IMG/VR virus record: IMGVR_UViG_3300046333_000090
Strand: one strand, 5' to 3'
DNA from: a virus
DNA length: 64,000 nt
Shown here in pieces: positions 28,776 to 38,072 of the stretch. The notes beneath the pieces were generated by a model that saw nothing but the letters and a program-made list of their open reading frames with translations, was not told where the DNA came from and did no database searches. The position numbers were made by a program, and so were the translations under genes. Numbering within the stretch: the stretch's first letter is position 1; each line of letters begins with the position of its first letter.

Positions 28776-29115
28776 TCAAGAACAATTGAGTGAACTACTA
28801 TCATTACATATAGCTAAAGGTGATCGCAGTGATGGTATACCTAATATTCATTCAGATGACAATACATTTGTTGATAAAATAAGACAGGTTCCTGTAACCA
28901 AAAAAATTCTAAGTAAATTTCATATAGACCCTGAGCAATATTGTCAGGATTGTGATATAATAGATAATTATCGGAGAAATAAATTATTAATAGATTTCTC
29001 TATGATTCCAGACGAGATAGAACAGACTATCTTAGAGGAATACAAAAAGACTAAAAAGCCAAAATTACTAAAATCAAAAACATATGACTTCCAAAAACAT
29101 AAATCCAGCATCTAA
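28756..29115 (+). CDS. rnh: RNase H, C-terminal part (+1 frame)
   Basis: KGDRSDGIPNI and RNKLLIDF; GTG start preceded by AAGGGA. Confidence 0.8.
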   Translation: MKTNFYDQEQLSELLSLHIAKGDRSDGIPNIHSDDNTFVDKIRQVPVTKKILSKFHIDPEQYCQDCDIIDNYRRNKLLIDFSMIPDEIEQTILEEYKKTKKPKLLKSKTYDFQKHKSSI

Positions 29116-29635
29116 TGATCTGCTATTCCCAGAAATATTTGCTAAAATTTCTAAAGTAGTAGGGAATAAAAAAAAAGCAGACCTAATTACAGAATTTCGC
29201 AATTCTGTTCATGGAGATGCCTTAAAAACGTTAGTATTATTGATCTATAATCATGAATTGAAATTTCGTTTACCAGAAGGAGAACCACCCTATACTCCTA
29301 ATGTAGTCCCTATTGGCACCGATCATTCTCGGTTATTGGTAGAACACCGAAATTTATATCGATTTATAGTTGGTGGTGCCCCTCAACTATCTCAAAATAA
29401 AATTGAAATGCTGTATATCGAATTATTAGAATCTCTACATGAATCAGAATCAGATCTGCTGATCCGAATTTTCAATCGGTCATTTGATACTATCTGGAAA
29501 GGTACTCGCAAGTATGTCATTCCATTTGATGCTATTAAATTAGCATTTCCTGAGATCCAATGGAAAGAACCTCCACTTAAAGAGCGATTAATTGACGCAG
29601 AAATTATTCGAGATTACTCACCAGAATCTGTATGA
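29084..29635 (+). CDS. conserved T4-like hypothetical protein
   Basis: LPEGEPPY...LYRFI...ELLESLH pattern. Confidence 0.7.
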   Translation: MTSKNINPASNDLLFPEIFAKISKVVGNKKKADLITEFRNSVHGDALKTLVLLIYNHELKFRLPEGEPPYTPNVVPIGTDHSRLLVEHRNLYRFIVGGAPQLSQNKIEMLYIELLESLHESESDLLIRIFNRSFDTIWKGTRKYVIPFDAIKLAFPEIQWKEPPLKERLIDAEIIRDYSPESV

Positions 29636-29720
29636 TTTCCTAAATTTGTGCTATAATAAAAGAAGAAAGATATAGATATCTTTCTTCTTTCCCCCAAAAT
29701 TATTAATTCTAATAAAACAA

Positions 29721-30560
29721 ATGACCCCAGACTTAATGTTGGATGAATTGCTGAGAATTACTCAGTACAATAAAGATAACGGTATTGTTGATGTTAGTAT
29801 ATTAGCAGATAGTATTAGTGAACATGGGGATAGAATTACATCATTTTTACTGCATAGATTTGCGAAAGGGCATTGTCAAGCGGAATTGAATAAATCAAGA
29901 ACTGTTGCTAATAATAGCTTTTCTTCTCGTGCGGTAAATAAACAGAAATTTATTGATAATATTGTTGCGGATTGTTATATTCCCATCTGGACATCAGATC
30001 GTCCTGGTATGGTTGGTGATATAATAGTAGATCGGAAGCAAATAGATGACTTAAATTCTTCTTACCTCACTAAGATGTATAGTGATATTGAATATATAAA
30101 AAATAATTATAGTGGTATACACAAACAAGACACTAATTCGCAATTAGATGGTTATGCCAGAATCCCTATTATTGTAACCTCTACTAATTTCCCATATTTC
30201 TTCAGGTTACGTTGTGCAGATGGAGTAAAGCCAGAATTTAGAAGGATTGCTTTAATTATGGAAGAATTATTTAACAATTCTTCCCCAAAATTGACTGATT
30301 GGCATCTCCCTTGGATAAAACCAGAAGAAGAGTCGATGAACTTGGGGGACAAGTTGACTATGTGTGCCGCTCGTAGTGCATGGCTGAGTTATTCCAATCA
30401 CAATAAGCAATGTTCTATAGATGCTGCTAAAAAATTAGTTGATAAGTTGATTGGGTCTAAGCACTATAGCGTTTTCGATCATGCTGCATATGTCGATAGT
30501 GGTAGAGTTGGGGGTATATATAAAGGTTGGCGTGAACATAGACAATTAATTTTATATTAA
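29721..30560 (+). CDS. thyX: flavin-dependent thymidylate synthase ThyX (divergent phage type)
   Basis: ILADSIS, AELNKSR...SSRA, FFRLRC, WHLPW, ARSAWLSY and HYSVFDH. Confidence 0.72.
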   Translation: MTPDLMLDELLRITQYNKDNGIVDVSILADSISEHGDRITSFLLHRFAKGHCQAELNKSRTVANNSFSSRAVNKQKFIDNIVADCYIPIWTSDRPGMVGDIIVDRKQIDDLNSSYLTKMYSDIEYIKNNYSGIHKQDTNSQLDGYARIPIIVTSTNFPYFFRLRCADGVKPEFRRIALIMEELFNNSSPKLTDWHLPWIKPEEESMNLGDKLTMCAARSAWLSYSNHNKQCSIDAAKKLVDKLIGSKHYSVFDHAAYVDSGRVGGIYKGWREHRQLILY

Positions 30561-30564
30561 AAAA

Positions 30565-30768
30565 ATGGAAAATAAAGATACAACGTATGATAATCGAACA
30601 ATAGAACAAAAGTTTGCTCAAATAACATTTGAAAAACAAGTGAATCAAATGAGTCACAAACAAGCACAGCAATTTTTGATATATATGCACAAAATGAATA
30701 CTATCAAAGAAAACAGTTATCAGGCTATGTTAAAGCAATCTTGGTTCAAAGATTTTGTCCATGACTAA
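30565..30768 (+). CDS. nblA: phycobilisome degradation protein NblA
   Basis: TIEQKF..TFEKQVNQMSHKQAQQFL...KENSYQAMLKQSW matches the NblA consensus. Confidence 0.85.
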   Translation: MENKDTTYDNRTIEQKFAQITFEKQVNQMSHKQAQQFLIYMHKMNTIKENSYQAMLKQSWFKDFVHD

Positions 30769-31048
30769 AAGAAGAACTATTTTTCAAGTAATATGCTTTG
30801 AACATGAATATTTGGTCGTTAGTCGTCCTTCTATGGATGAAAATGAACTGATCCGTATACTACTACACACATTGAGTGAGGAATTTAAGAATAAAGTCTC
30901 TAAGGGATTAGTAGACTGGATTGAAGGGGTATACTTTGTCGCTAAATTAGAGGATGCCGCTGGTTTTGATAAGGTATACCACATCACCAATATCGAGGAA
31001 GATATATTCCCAGTGCCTAGTTGGGAAGAACTATTTTTAAGAGGATAA
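30755..31048 (+). CDS. hypothetical protein
   Basis: ORF translationally coupled to its neighbours. Confidence 0.55.
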   Translation: MSMTKRRTIFQVICFEHEYLVVSRPSMDENELIRILLHTLSEEFKNKVSKGLVDWIEGVYFVAKLEDAAGFDKVYHITNIEEDIFPVPSWEELFLRG

Positions 31049-31052
31049 AATC

Positions 31053-31892
31053 ATGACAGAAGCAGTACATTATCCATTTCCCAAGATCGCACAATTTAGA
31101 AATGTAGTAAAGTTGGCACAAAAAAACTTTGATACATTCATGCCAACCGTAGTACCTTATATTGGAAGAATTAAAACTAACGGTTCCAACTCAAGCATTG
31201 TGATCAATAAAGATGGTAGTTTTTATGCACAATCTCGAAAAAAAATTATTCATCCAGATAATGATAATTATGAATTTGCCAAATGGGTGTTTGCTAATAT
31301 TGTAGAAATACAAGAGGTAGTAAAAAATGATATTATTAATACATTTGCTGATGTAGAAAGTGTAGTTCTATATGGAGAATGGATAGGTAATGGTGTCCAG
31401 TCTGGGGTAGCAGTATCAAAAATTCATAAAACATTCATAGTATTTTCTATCAAGGTGATATACCCCAATGAGTTAGAACATTTTTATAATAACTTTATTG
31501 AATTTGAACCAAACCGTGAGATAGGATTGTACCATATAGACAACTTTCCAACTTACGAGATAGATGTTGATTTTAAAAATCCACAAGCAGCACAAGATTT
31601 ATTGGTACAATATACTAAAGAAGTAGAAACCCATTGCCCAGTCGGTGCATATTTTGGAGTCGATGGTATTGGTGAAGGATTAGTATTTTCACCAAAATAT
31701 GCTTATTCTCACCTTACTGATTTTGATTATGTATTTAAGTCCGTAGGGGAAAAATTTTCTGGTCTGGGTATTACTAATTATTTATCTGGGATTAAATTGA
31801 CGGCAGCAGATGAACAAAAATTAATCAATCTCTGTCTTCAAAATAATATTAAAGATTTTGATTTTTCCTTTTATGAAGACCACGTTTGTTAA
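31053..31892 (+). CDS. Rnl2-family RNA ligase, catalytic N-terminal part
   Basis: FPKI, motif I KTNGSN, QSR, YGEWIG, GEGLVF and FKSVGEK. Confidence 0.78.
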   Translation: MTEAVHYPFPKIAQFRNVVKLAQKNFDTFMPTVVPYIGRIKTNGSNSSIVINKDGSFYAQSRKKIIHPDNDNYEFAKWVFANIVEIQEVVKNDIINTFADVESVVLYGEWIGNGVQSGVAVSKIHKTFIVFSIKVIYPNELEHFYNNFIEFEPNREIGLYHIDNFPTYEIDVDFKNPQAAQDLLVQYTKEVETHCPVGAYFGVDGIGEGLVFSPKYAYSHLTDFDYVFKSVGEKFSGLGITNYLSGIKLTAADEQKLINLCLQNNIKDFDFSFYEDHVC

Positions 31893-32634
31893 CTCTTCCG
31901 TTACTTTTAAATGAAAATCCATTGCTACCATCTTTACATCTTTTATTAATCTGATAACGGGATAATTTATCTTTGTTTAATTCTGACATCGATGCTTGGT
32001 TTGGGGAATCAAATATACCAAAAGGTGTAATAAATTCTCCAAGAGAAGTAATTTGTCTAATTAGTTGAGTGTGTTCTTTAGTTTGTGGACGAGGAACACC
32101 TGAATATAAATCACTGAGTCTTTTGATTCCTTCTGGGGAAATATTATTAACCCCTTTTCTAGATTCACTTTGTTTTTTTCTTAATTCAACACCTTTAGGA
32201 GATTGTCTATAAATTTTAAAAGATTCTTTCATTTTAGCAACGGTACTGGGATCGTGCATTGGATTTGTTAATCTCATTGCTGCTGAGTTGGCAATTCTAG
32301 CTTGCTCAAATAACTTAGAAGATACATTTAATCTACCGGAATTACATTCACCAACTCTACTCATGCTACCAAATGCTTTTAACATTAAAAATCTTTGTCT
32401 GTTCTTGGTAAATACTTTAGATAGAATCCAATGTGCAATAAAATGTTGTCTGGCGGTAAGTTTTACTAAATTTTTAGGTTCTAATCTAAATTCAGAAAAT
32501 ATGCTTATTGGCAAAATATGATGATTTTCTGAGTAATCATTCAGATCTGATTTACAATTTATAATGAATTTTAAGTATCGGTTTAAATAGTGATAGTTTA
32601 CCTCAAATGAATTGAATAACATTAAATAATCCAC
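31849..32634 (-). CDS. MobE-like HNH homing endonuclease
   Basis: YSENHHILP...NLVKLTARQHFIAH, a basic NUMOD-like tail, and TATAAATA upstream on the minus strand (32671-32678). Confidence 0.8.
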   Translation of the reverse strand: MDYLMLFNSFEVNYHYLNRYLKFIINCKSDLNDYSENHHILPISIFSEFRLEPKNLVKLTARQHFIAHWILSKVFTKNRQRFLMLKAFGSMSRVGECNSGRLNVSSKLFEQARIANSAAMRLTNPMHDPSTVAKMKESFKIYRQSPKGVELRKKQSESRKGVNNISPEGIKRLSDLYSGVPRPQTKEHTQLIRQITSLGEFITPFGIFDSPNQASMSELNKDKLSRYQINKRCKDGSNGFSFKSNGRVNKRGLHKRKNQNL

Positions 32635-32698
32635 CGTGGCATTTCCCCTTTGGTTATAAAGTATTAATTATATTTATAGTAAATTAGTAGGAGAATAT

Positions 32699-33103
32699 AT
32701 GAGATTATTAATTAAACAAAGTAATAAAGAATTTATTCTAGAAAATGTAGAATTGAATAATAATCCTCTAGCGGGGAAAGGAACTTTCTATGCTGGAAAT
32801 AACGTTTCTACTATTGGTAAAGTACAAATTGAAGGAATTGAAGATATTAATGCGATGGTTACTTGGTTACTAGATACTTCATCAGAAAACCGAGTTGCAC
32901 AACAACTTCGGATATTGAAAGAATTGGGAACGCCTATGGATGACATTAAATATATCAAATGTTTAATTGACGCAGTATTAGATGATATTGATTCAGATCA
33001 TAAGGATGACATTATCAGTTCAGGATTACCTAATAAAGTAATTTATGGAAAATTAACTAAAAGAATTAAAGAATATTACCAAAATACTTTGCAAATTTGG
33101 TAA
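32699..33103 (+). CDS. probable C-terminal domain of the split RNA ligase
   Basis: VSTIGKVQIE.IEDI..MV...SENRV.Q...DAVLDDI resembles the helical tail that normally follows FKxKGEK in this ligase family; strong AGGAG RBS. Confidence 0.6.
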   Translation: MRLLIKQSNKEFILENVELNNNPLAGKGTFYAGNNVSTIGKVQIEGIEDINAMVTWLLDTSSENRVAQQLRILKELGTPMDDIKYIKCLIDAVLDDIDSDHKDDIISSGLPNKVIYGKLTKRIKEYYQNTLQIW

Positions 33104-33218
33104 AGTTGTGTTATAATAAAAAAGGATTGTGGCGACGGCGATTGAAGATATACTTAGTGATAAAGTAATTTATCACTATATCTTTAATCGTCTTTTTTAT
33201 TCTGATAAACATATCAGA

Positions 33219-33298
33219 CATACGTTGATAGGGGGTTAGAATGCCCTACAACGCATGACAACTTAAATAATGACTACTAGTACTAAATCATAAAACTA
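33219..33298 (+). repeat. dispersed cassette core
   Basis: CGTTGATAGGGGGTTAGAATGCCCTACAACGCATGA..AAATAATGACTACTAGTAC. Confidence 0.8.
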
Positions 33299-33526
33299 AT
33301 GCCAACCTACTGCTTCCGAGATACTAATACTCATGAAAGAACGGAAAAGTTCTTACGAATTGCAGAATTAGATCAATACAAAGAGGACAATCCACATTTA
33401 ATACAAACTCCAGTGATCCTGAATGCCGTCGGGCAAATTGGTGGGATAAAGATGGATGACGGATTTAAGGATCTAATGAATAACATCAAGAGAAATACTC
33501 CGGGCAACTCTATGAATAGCTTTTAG
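33299..33526 (+). CDS. small conserved T4-like protein (FmdB-like N-terminus)
   Basis: MPTYCFRD...NPH...GFKDLM. Confidence 0.65.
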   Translation: MPTYCFRDTNTHERTEKFLRIAELDQYKEDNPHLIQTPVILNAVGQIGGIKMDDGFKDLMNNIKRNTPGNSMNSF

Positions 33527-33551
33527 GCGAGATTTATTAAATTTAATAATT

Positions 33552-34214
33552 ATGACCATAGAATTGGATTTTTGGAATAACCAGCATTACGAAAGAATAG
33601 ATATTGATGGGGTGCGGCATTATGACATATCTGGTCAATATTACCCATCAGTTACTAGTATAGTTGGGGAATTTGGTAAGGATAAATTAAACAAATGGAG
33701 GAAACGAGTAGGAGAAGTAGAAGCGCAACGAATATGTGATGTCGCTTCTGCCAACGGTACTTATATTCATCACTTAGCAGAACAATATCTATTGGGTAAT
33801 CCAATAGATCATAAAGATTCTACTGGATTACAAAAGATGGTATTTGGTAAATTTAAAGAGTCTATCAATAAGATCTCTAAAGTACATTTGCTTGAACATA
33901 CTTTATATTCGCATAAACTTAAATTGGCGGGAACTGTTGATTGTGTTGGCTATTACAATGGTGTATTGTCTGTGATTGACTTCAAGACAAGCAAAAAAGA
34001 AAAACCAATTGAATGGATTGAAAATTATTTTGTACAAACTTGTATCTATGCTATGTGCATTTATGAGATGTATGAAATATGGATTTCACAAATTGTATTA
34101 TTGTTCGCATGTAGTGATCTTACCACACCAATTGTTGTAAAACAAATTGATCGCGAACTTATAGAGTTAACCAAAAAATATTATTATCATTATAAAAATA
34201 ATCATGCTAAATAA
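33552..34214 (+). CDS. Cas4-like PD-(D/E)xK exonuclease
   Basis: YPSVTS, WRKRVG, AGTVDC, VIDFKTS and YFVQ. Confidence 0.85.
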   Translation: MTIELDFWNNQHYERIDIDGVRHYDISGQYYPSVTSIVGEFGKDKLNKWRKRVGEVEAQRICDVASANGTYIHHLAEQYLLGNPIDHKDSTGLQKMVFGKFKESINKISKVHLLEHTLYSHKLKLAGTVDCVGYYNGVLSVIDFKTSKKEKPIEWIENYFVQTCIYAMCIYEMYEIWISQIVLLFACSDLTTPIVVKQIDRELIELTKKYYYHYKNNHAK

Positions 34215-34464
34215 AAAAGGAATAGATATGTTACTAACAGATACACTACTTATTGCGGACAAATTTAATAATATTATCGAATTTAATCGACATAAATTTG
34301 ATAATTATCTAGAAACAATTCTCAATTATTGTATCGAGTATAATATGGAAATGATCCACGTTAAAAAATTATTGAATCCGCAGATTTTGTCCAAAATGAC
34401 AGCAGAATGCGAATCGGATAATTTAATCACTAGAACATCAAATACAGTATCACTGTTCGATTAG
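34204..34464 (+). CDS. 33: late transcription coactivator (T4 gp33)
   Basis: NYLETILNYC..VKKLL..K; position upstream of gp59. Confidence 0.75.
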   Translation: MLNKKGIDMLLTDTLLIADKFNNIIEFNRHKFDNYLETILNYCIEYNMEMIHVKKLLNPQILSKMTAECESDNLITRTSNTVSLFD

Positions 34465-34476
34465 GAAGGATTATTT

Positions 34477-35073
34477 ATGGCAATGATGGGATATACGGCA
34501 TACATTACATATATTGGGATCAAAACCCATTTCTGTAACAAATCTTATAACTATTTTAGACACAAAGGTGCAAAAATTACAGAAGGTGCGCTACAAAAAC
34601 ATCGAGATCGGTATTGGTTCATTCGATTGCAAGATCGATATAGTGATAAGGAGTTAGAAACATTCTTTCTGTCTCAATTCACTCAATACAATCATTCATA
34701 TTGGGTGGGGGACTCCTTTTGTGATGTATGTCAAGATTCGTACACCAATCATAAGAAAAAGATTGCCAACCTCACCAGAACATTTAATCGAGAAATGAGA
34801 GATTTTTATGAAAAATTTCCAGATTGTGAAACTATGTATCAAACTACATCTGGATACCCAAAAATAATCACTGAGTATATGGCAGATAGACTGTCACTAG
34901 AGACAGTGATTATGTTAGATGACATAAATGCCTGGACAGTAAATAATCCTAGCTTAGAGGGCATTCTAGGTGCGCCTATATTGAATAAAATTAACAAGTA
35001 TCGACCATTTTTAAACTACAATATAGATCCTGTAAGAAAAAATTATAACGAATTAAATTTTGCAAAGCAATAA
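34477..35073 (+). CDS. 59: helicase loader (T4 gp59)
   Basis: YIGIKTHF...YNYF, RDRYWF, LSLETV and KYRPFL. Confidence 0.85.
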   Translation: MAMMGYTAYITYIGIKTHFCNKSYNYFRHKGAKITEGALQKHRDRYWFIRLQDRYSDKELETFFLSQFTQYNHSYWVGDSFCDVCQDSYTNHKKKIANLTRTFNREMRDFYEKFPDCETMYQTTSGYPKIITEYMADRLSLETVIMLDDINAWTVNNPSLEGILGAPILNKINKYRPFLNYNIDPVRKNYNELNFAKQ

Positions 35074-35163
35074 TGGTACTATTTCAAAAAAACTTTTAAA
35101 GTAATTGTATAATTAGATTCATTTATATGATATTATTGATGTATACACAAACAAAAAAAATTA

Positions 35164-35352
35164 ATGTTAGTAATTGCTTGGATTCTTTCGGGAGTAATAT
35201 TGAATGTGTTCATGATTAATAATAATGAACACGAAAATAATATTCTGATTATATTATTAGCATTCACTACTAATATGATATTTTCTCCAATTTTATTGGT
35301 AACAAATATTTCGGCAAAAATTGCAAAAGAATCAAATTTTGTGTTAAAATAA
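35164..35352 (+). CDS. small membrane protein
   Basis: Two hydrophobic stretches. Confidence 0.4.
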   Translation: MLVIAWILSGVILNVFMINNNEHENNILIILLAFTTNMIFSPILLVTNISAKIAKESNFVLK

Positions 35353-35382
35353 GATAACTTCCAACAAACAAAAATATCTATT

Positions 35383-36294
35383 ATGGCTTTAGATTTACAA
35401 TCATTCAAAACAAGACAACGCGCAACTAGTCTAAGCAACATTACTGATTCATTTGCACCAAAGAGTTCGGCGTATACTGATTCTCGTTATTGGAAAATCA
35501 CTACTCCTGATAAAAAGGATGGCGCGGCAAATTCCGCTATTATTCGCTTTCTGCCCTCACATAATCCCGAAAAACCATTTGTTTCATCATTCAGCTATTC
35601 GTTTACTGGAGTAGGTGGGCAATATATTGAAAATAGTTTGGAATCTATTGGACAACTCGATCCAGTCAAAGAGTACAATACTAAACTTTGGAATAGTGGC
35701 GACCCAGAAAAAAAAGAAGACACAAAAAAACGTAATCGCAAACTACATTATATTGGGAATATCTTGGTGGTCAATGATGTAAGTCATCCCGAAAATAATG
35801 GAAAGGTGTTTTTGTATCAGTTTGGTTCCAAAATCATGGCTAAAATCACTGCCATCATGACTGGGGATCCAGCAGTTTCTCAACCACCAGTAGATATTTT
35901 TGATTTTGATAACGGTGCTAATTTTTATTTAAAAATGCACTATGAGGGGAAAAGTGGATTTTATTCTTACGATTCCTCCCATTTTAATCGGGAATCATCT
36001 ATTGGGGAAGAAGCATATCAATCTTCTATCATTCAACAGATTTATGATCTAGATAATTGTGAACCAGTAAAGTATAAACCATATGAAGAACTTCAGACTC
36101 GGTTCCGATTGGTAATGTGTCCGCCAAAAGTAGAAGATGAGTTTGGTCTGGCATCTCCCCCCCCTTCTCAAGTAGTGATCCCTACCCCACCAACTACCCC
36201 TCTAGTTAAAGTATCCATACCCCCAACTTCTTCGTCATCAACTGATGATGAGTTCTCTGATTTTGACTCTCTGATTGACAACATTCCGTTCTAA
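35383..36294 (+). CDS. 32: single-stranded DNA-binding protein (T4 gp32)
   Basis: DSRYW, AIIRFLP, YIENS, PENNGKVFLY, GANF and an acidic tail. Confidence 0.95.
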   Translation: MALDLQSFKTRQRATSLSNITDSFAPKSSAYTDSRYWKITTPDKKDGAANSAIIRFLPSHNPEKPFVSSFSYSFTGVGGQYIENSLESIGQLDPVKEYNTKLWNSGDPEKKEDTKKRNRKLHYIGNILVVNDVSHPENNGKVFLYQFGSKIMAKITAIMTGDPAVSQPPVDIFDFDNGANFYLKMHYEGKSGFYSYDSSHFNRESSIGEEAYQSSIIQQIYDLDNCEPVKYKPYEELQTRFRLVMCPPKVEDEFGLASPPPSQVVIPTPPTTPLVKVSIPPTSSSSTDDEFSDFDSLIDNIPF

Positions 36295-36295
36295 T

Positions 36296-36328
36296 ATAAA
36301 AAGGATACTCATTGAGTATCCTTTTTTT
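36296..36328. terminator. bidirectional terminator between convergent modules
   Basis: AAAAAGGATACTCA-T-TGAGTATCCTTTTT. Confidence 0.8.
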
Positions 36329-36935
36329 AAATTTCTTCAAATTTGGTACCATCTTCAGTAAGTATATTTGTATTATACCTGATAAGATTACCAAATTCGT
36401 CATCCATATTAAATACTATTGATGGGTTTAGTAATAGTATTTTTCGTTTGTTTTCATTCTGTTCTACAAAATCTTCTCGGTATGTGATAGATGTTTTAGT
36501 AGTACTACCTTGATATAGTACTCCATCTATAGTTACAGAAAAGTCCGAATTGACTATTAGATTAGCAGGGATAATTACTTTTCCATTACTATTTTTTATC
36601 TCTACCGTTTTATAAAATTTAATAGCATTTTGATTAGGTAGTGTATATAATAATTTTTCCACTTGTTCACTATTGACCACCCAATCATTATTACTGGTGA
36701 TATTATTGAATAGTAGAATAGACCAGTAATACTTAGTGTCTCCATAATAATTAAATGCTATCTGTTCTGGTCTTTCCTCATCTTTTACATAATATGTTGT
36801 ATAGAATTGTTTGTTATTTTTTAATTCTTTTATGGTGATGAGTAATCGTCGAAATATATCCGTTACCTTTACATCTTCACCATTAATAGGATTAGTGATA
36901 GTGATTTTAGGATACTCGGTGAAATATGAAGTCAT
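36327..36935 (-). CDS. 53: baseplate wedge subunit (T4 gp53)
   Basis: YF..YP, DIFRR, ERPEQIA.NYYG and YWSILLFN. Confidence 0.85.
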   Translation of the reverse strand: MTSYFTEYPKITITNPINGEDVKVTDIFRRLLITIKELKNNKQFYTTYYVKDEERPEQIAFNYYGDTKYYWSILLFNNITSNNDWVVNSEQVEKLLYTLPNQNAIKFYKTVEIKNSNGKVIIPANLIVNSDFSVTIDGVLYQGSTTKTSITYREDFVEQNENKRKILLLNPSIVFNMDDEFGNLIRYNTNILTEDGTKFEEI

Positions 36936-36944
36936 ATAGTGGAT

Positions 36945-37024
36945 ATAATAAATTTTTGATACCAGTAGTCATATTTATAGTTTTCCTGCGTTGTAGGGCA
37001 TTCTAGTCCCCTATCAACGCATAT
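36945..37024 (-). repeat. dispersed cassette core providing TATAAATA to gene 53
   Basis: Reverse complement GCGTTGATAGGGGACTAGAATGCCCTACAACGCAGGAAAACTATAAATATGACTACTGG. Confidence 0.82.
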
Positions 37025-37044
37025 TAATACCCGTTTAATTCTAC

Positions 37045-38070
37045 TTAGTATCCTTGATCGCATTCTACACTGGTGATAATTTCGACCTCATGAAATGATA
37101 GGACAATTTCTATAGCCGCAGGAGCAGGTGTAAGTCTTCTAGTTGTTGTATCCTGACGATCATTTTCAGTGAGATGAGTCACCCATGCTCCATCTGGAGT
37201 ATAATTAGTAGAGATTCCAGTTATGATCATTGGTTTTAATTTTGGTAGATGAAAAATTTCATCAGCACCCTCAAACATAAATCTAACATCACAAACGTTA
37301 GGAGTAGTAAGCCAACGATCACCTAACGACGACAACAGATTGTTTGGGTTATCCTGATTTTCTTTGGTCAATCCTTGTCTACTATAATTAGGTAGTGCAT
37401 TCATTCTTAATTTTTTAATTATATTGTAAATACTGCGTTGTTCAATTTGATTTCTGGGGACAAGCTTATACTTTGCCGAAAAGGATCTTGGTTCCAATCC
37501 CTTGAAAATTTGTTCATGGTACGGATTTAAAATCTTACCTGCAAATCCTTGAGTGATAGCTTGTCCAGATGAGAATACGTTCAAGCCTTCGATTATACCT
37601 ATGATTCCTTCAGGGATACCAGATGATGCCAATGATGCTAATGTTTCTGCGGTATTAGTTTGATCCCCCCCCCTAGCAAATTGTTCCGCGATAGTTGGAG
37701 CAAATCTGCCTATTGTTCTCAGATCCTCAAGGTTCCAGGCAATAGTGTCGTCGAACTGAATACTATCTGGCATAGGCAATCGAAATATATCAATCACATT
37801 ACCTTTAATAAATCTTTCTCTCGCAATTCCTCTACCACCATTATCTTCACCAAATGGTGTTCTTTTGATTACACTAGGAGGAGGTGCCCCTGGGATGGGT
37901 ATTAATGGTGGGGTGTCTGTGGAAACAAAAAATTCTGATAAAGATACATATTTATATGTCTTTATTCTCATTTCATCTCCATACTCGGATAGGTTGTCTG
38001 GATAAGTATATATATTACTGTTTGGTCGAGTTTGAGGGGGGGTTTTCGATGATGCTAATATTTGTGGCAT
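37045..38070 (-). CDS. 48: baseplate tail tube cap (T4 gp48)
   Basis: LPMP, NPYHEQIFKG..RSF, L.PRN..E and NYTPDG. Confidence 0.82.
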   Translation of the reverse strand: MPQILASSKTPPQTRPNSNIYTYPDNLSEYGDEMRIKTYKYVSLSEFFVSTDTPPLIPIPGAPPPSVIKRTPFGEDNGGRGIARERFIKGNVIDIFRLPMPDSIQFDDTIAWNLEDLRTIGRFAPTIAEQFARGGDQTNTAETLASLASSGIPEGIIGIIEGLNVFSSGQAITQGFAGKILNPYHEQIFKGLEPRSFSAKYKLVPRNQIEQRSIYNIIKKLRMNALPNYSRQGLTKENQDNPNNLLSSLGDRWLTTPNVCDVRFMFEGADEIFHLPKLKPMIITGISTNYTPDGAWVTHLTENDRQDTTTRRLTPAPAAIEIVLSFHEVEIITSVECDQGY

Positions 38071-38072
38071 AA

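Noticed and set aside
33552-34214. Cas4-like gene as part of a CRISPR system
   Set aside because: Standard T4-like exonuclease position; no array or other cas genes.
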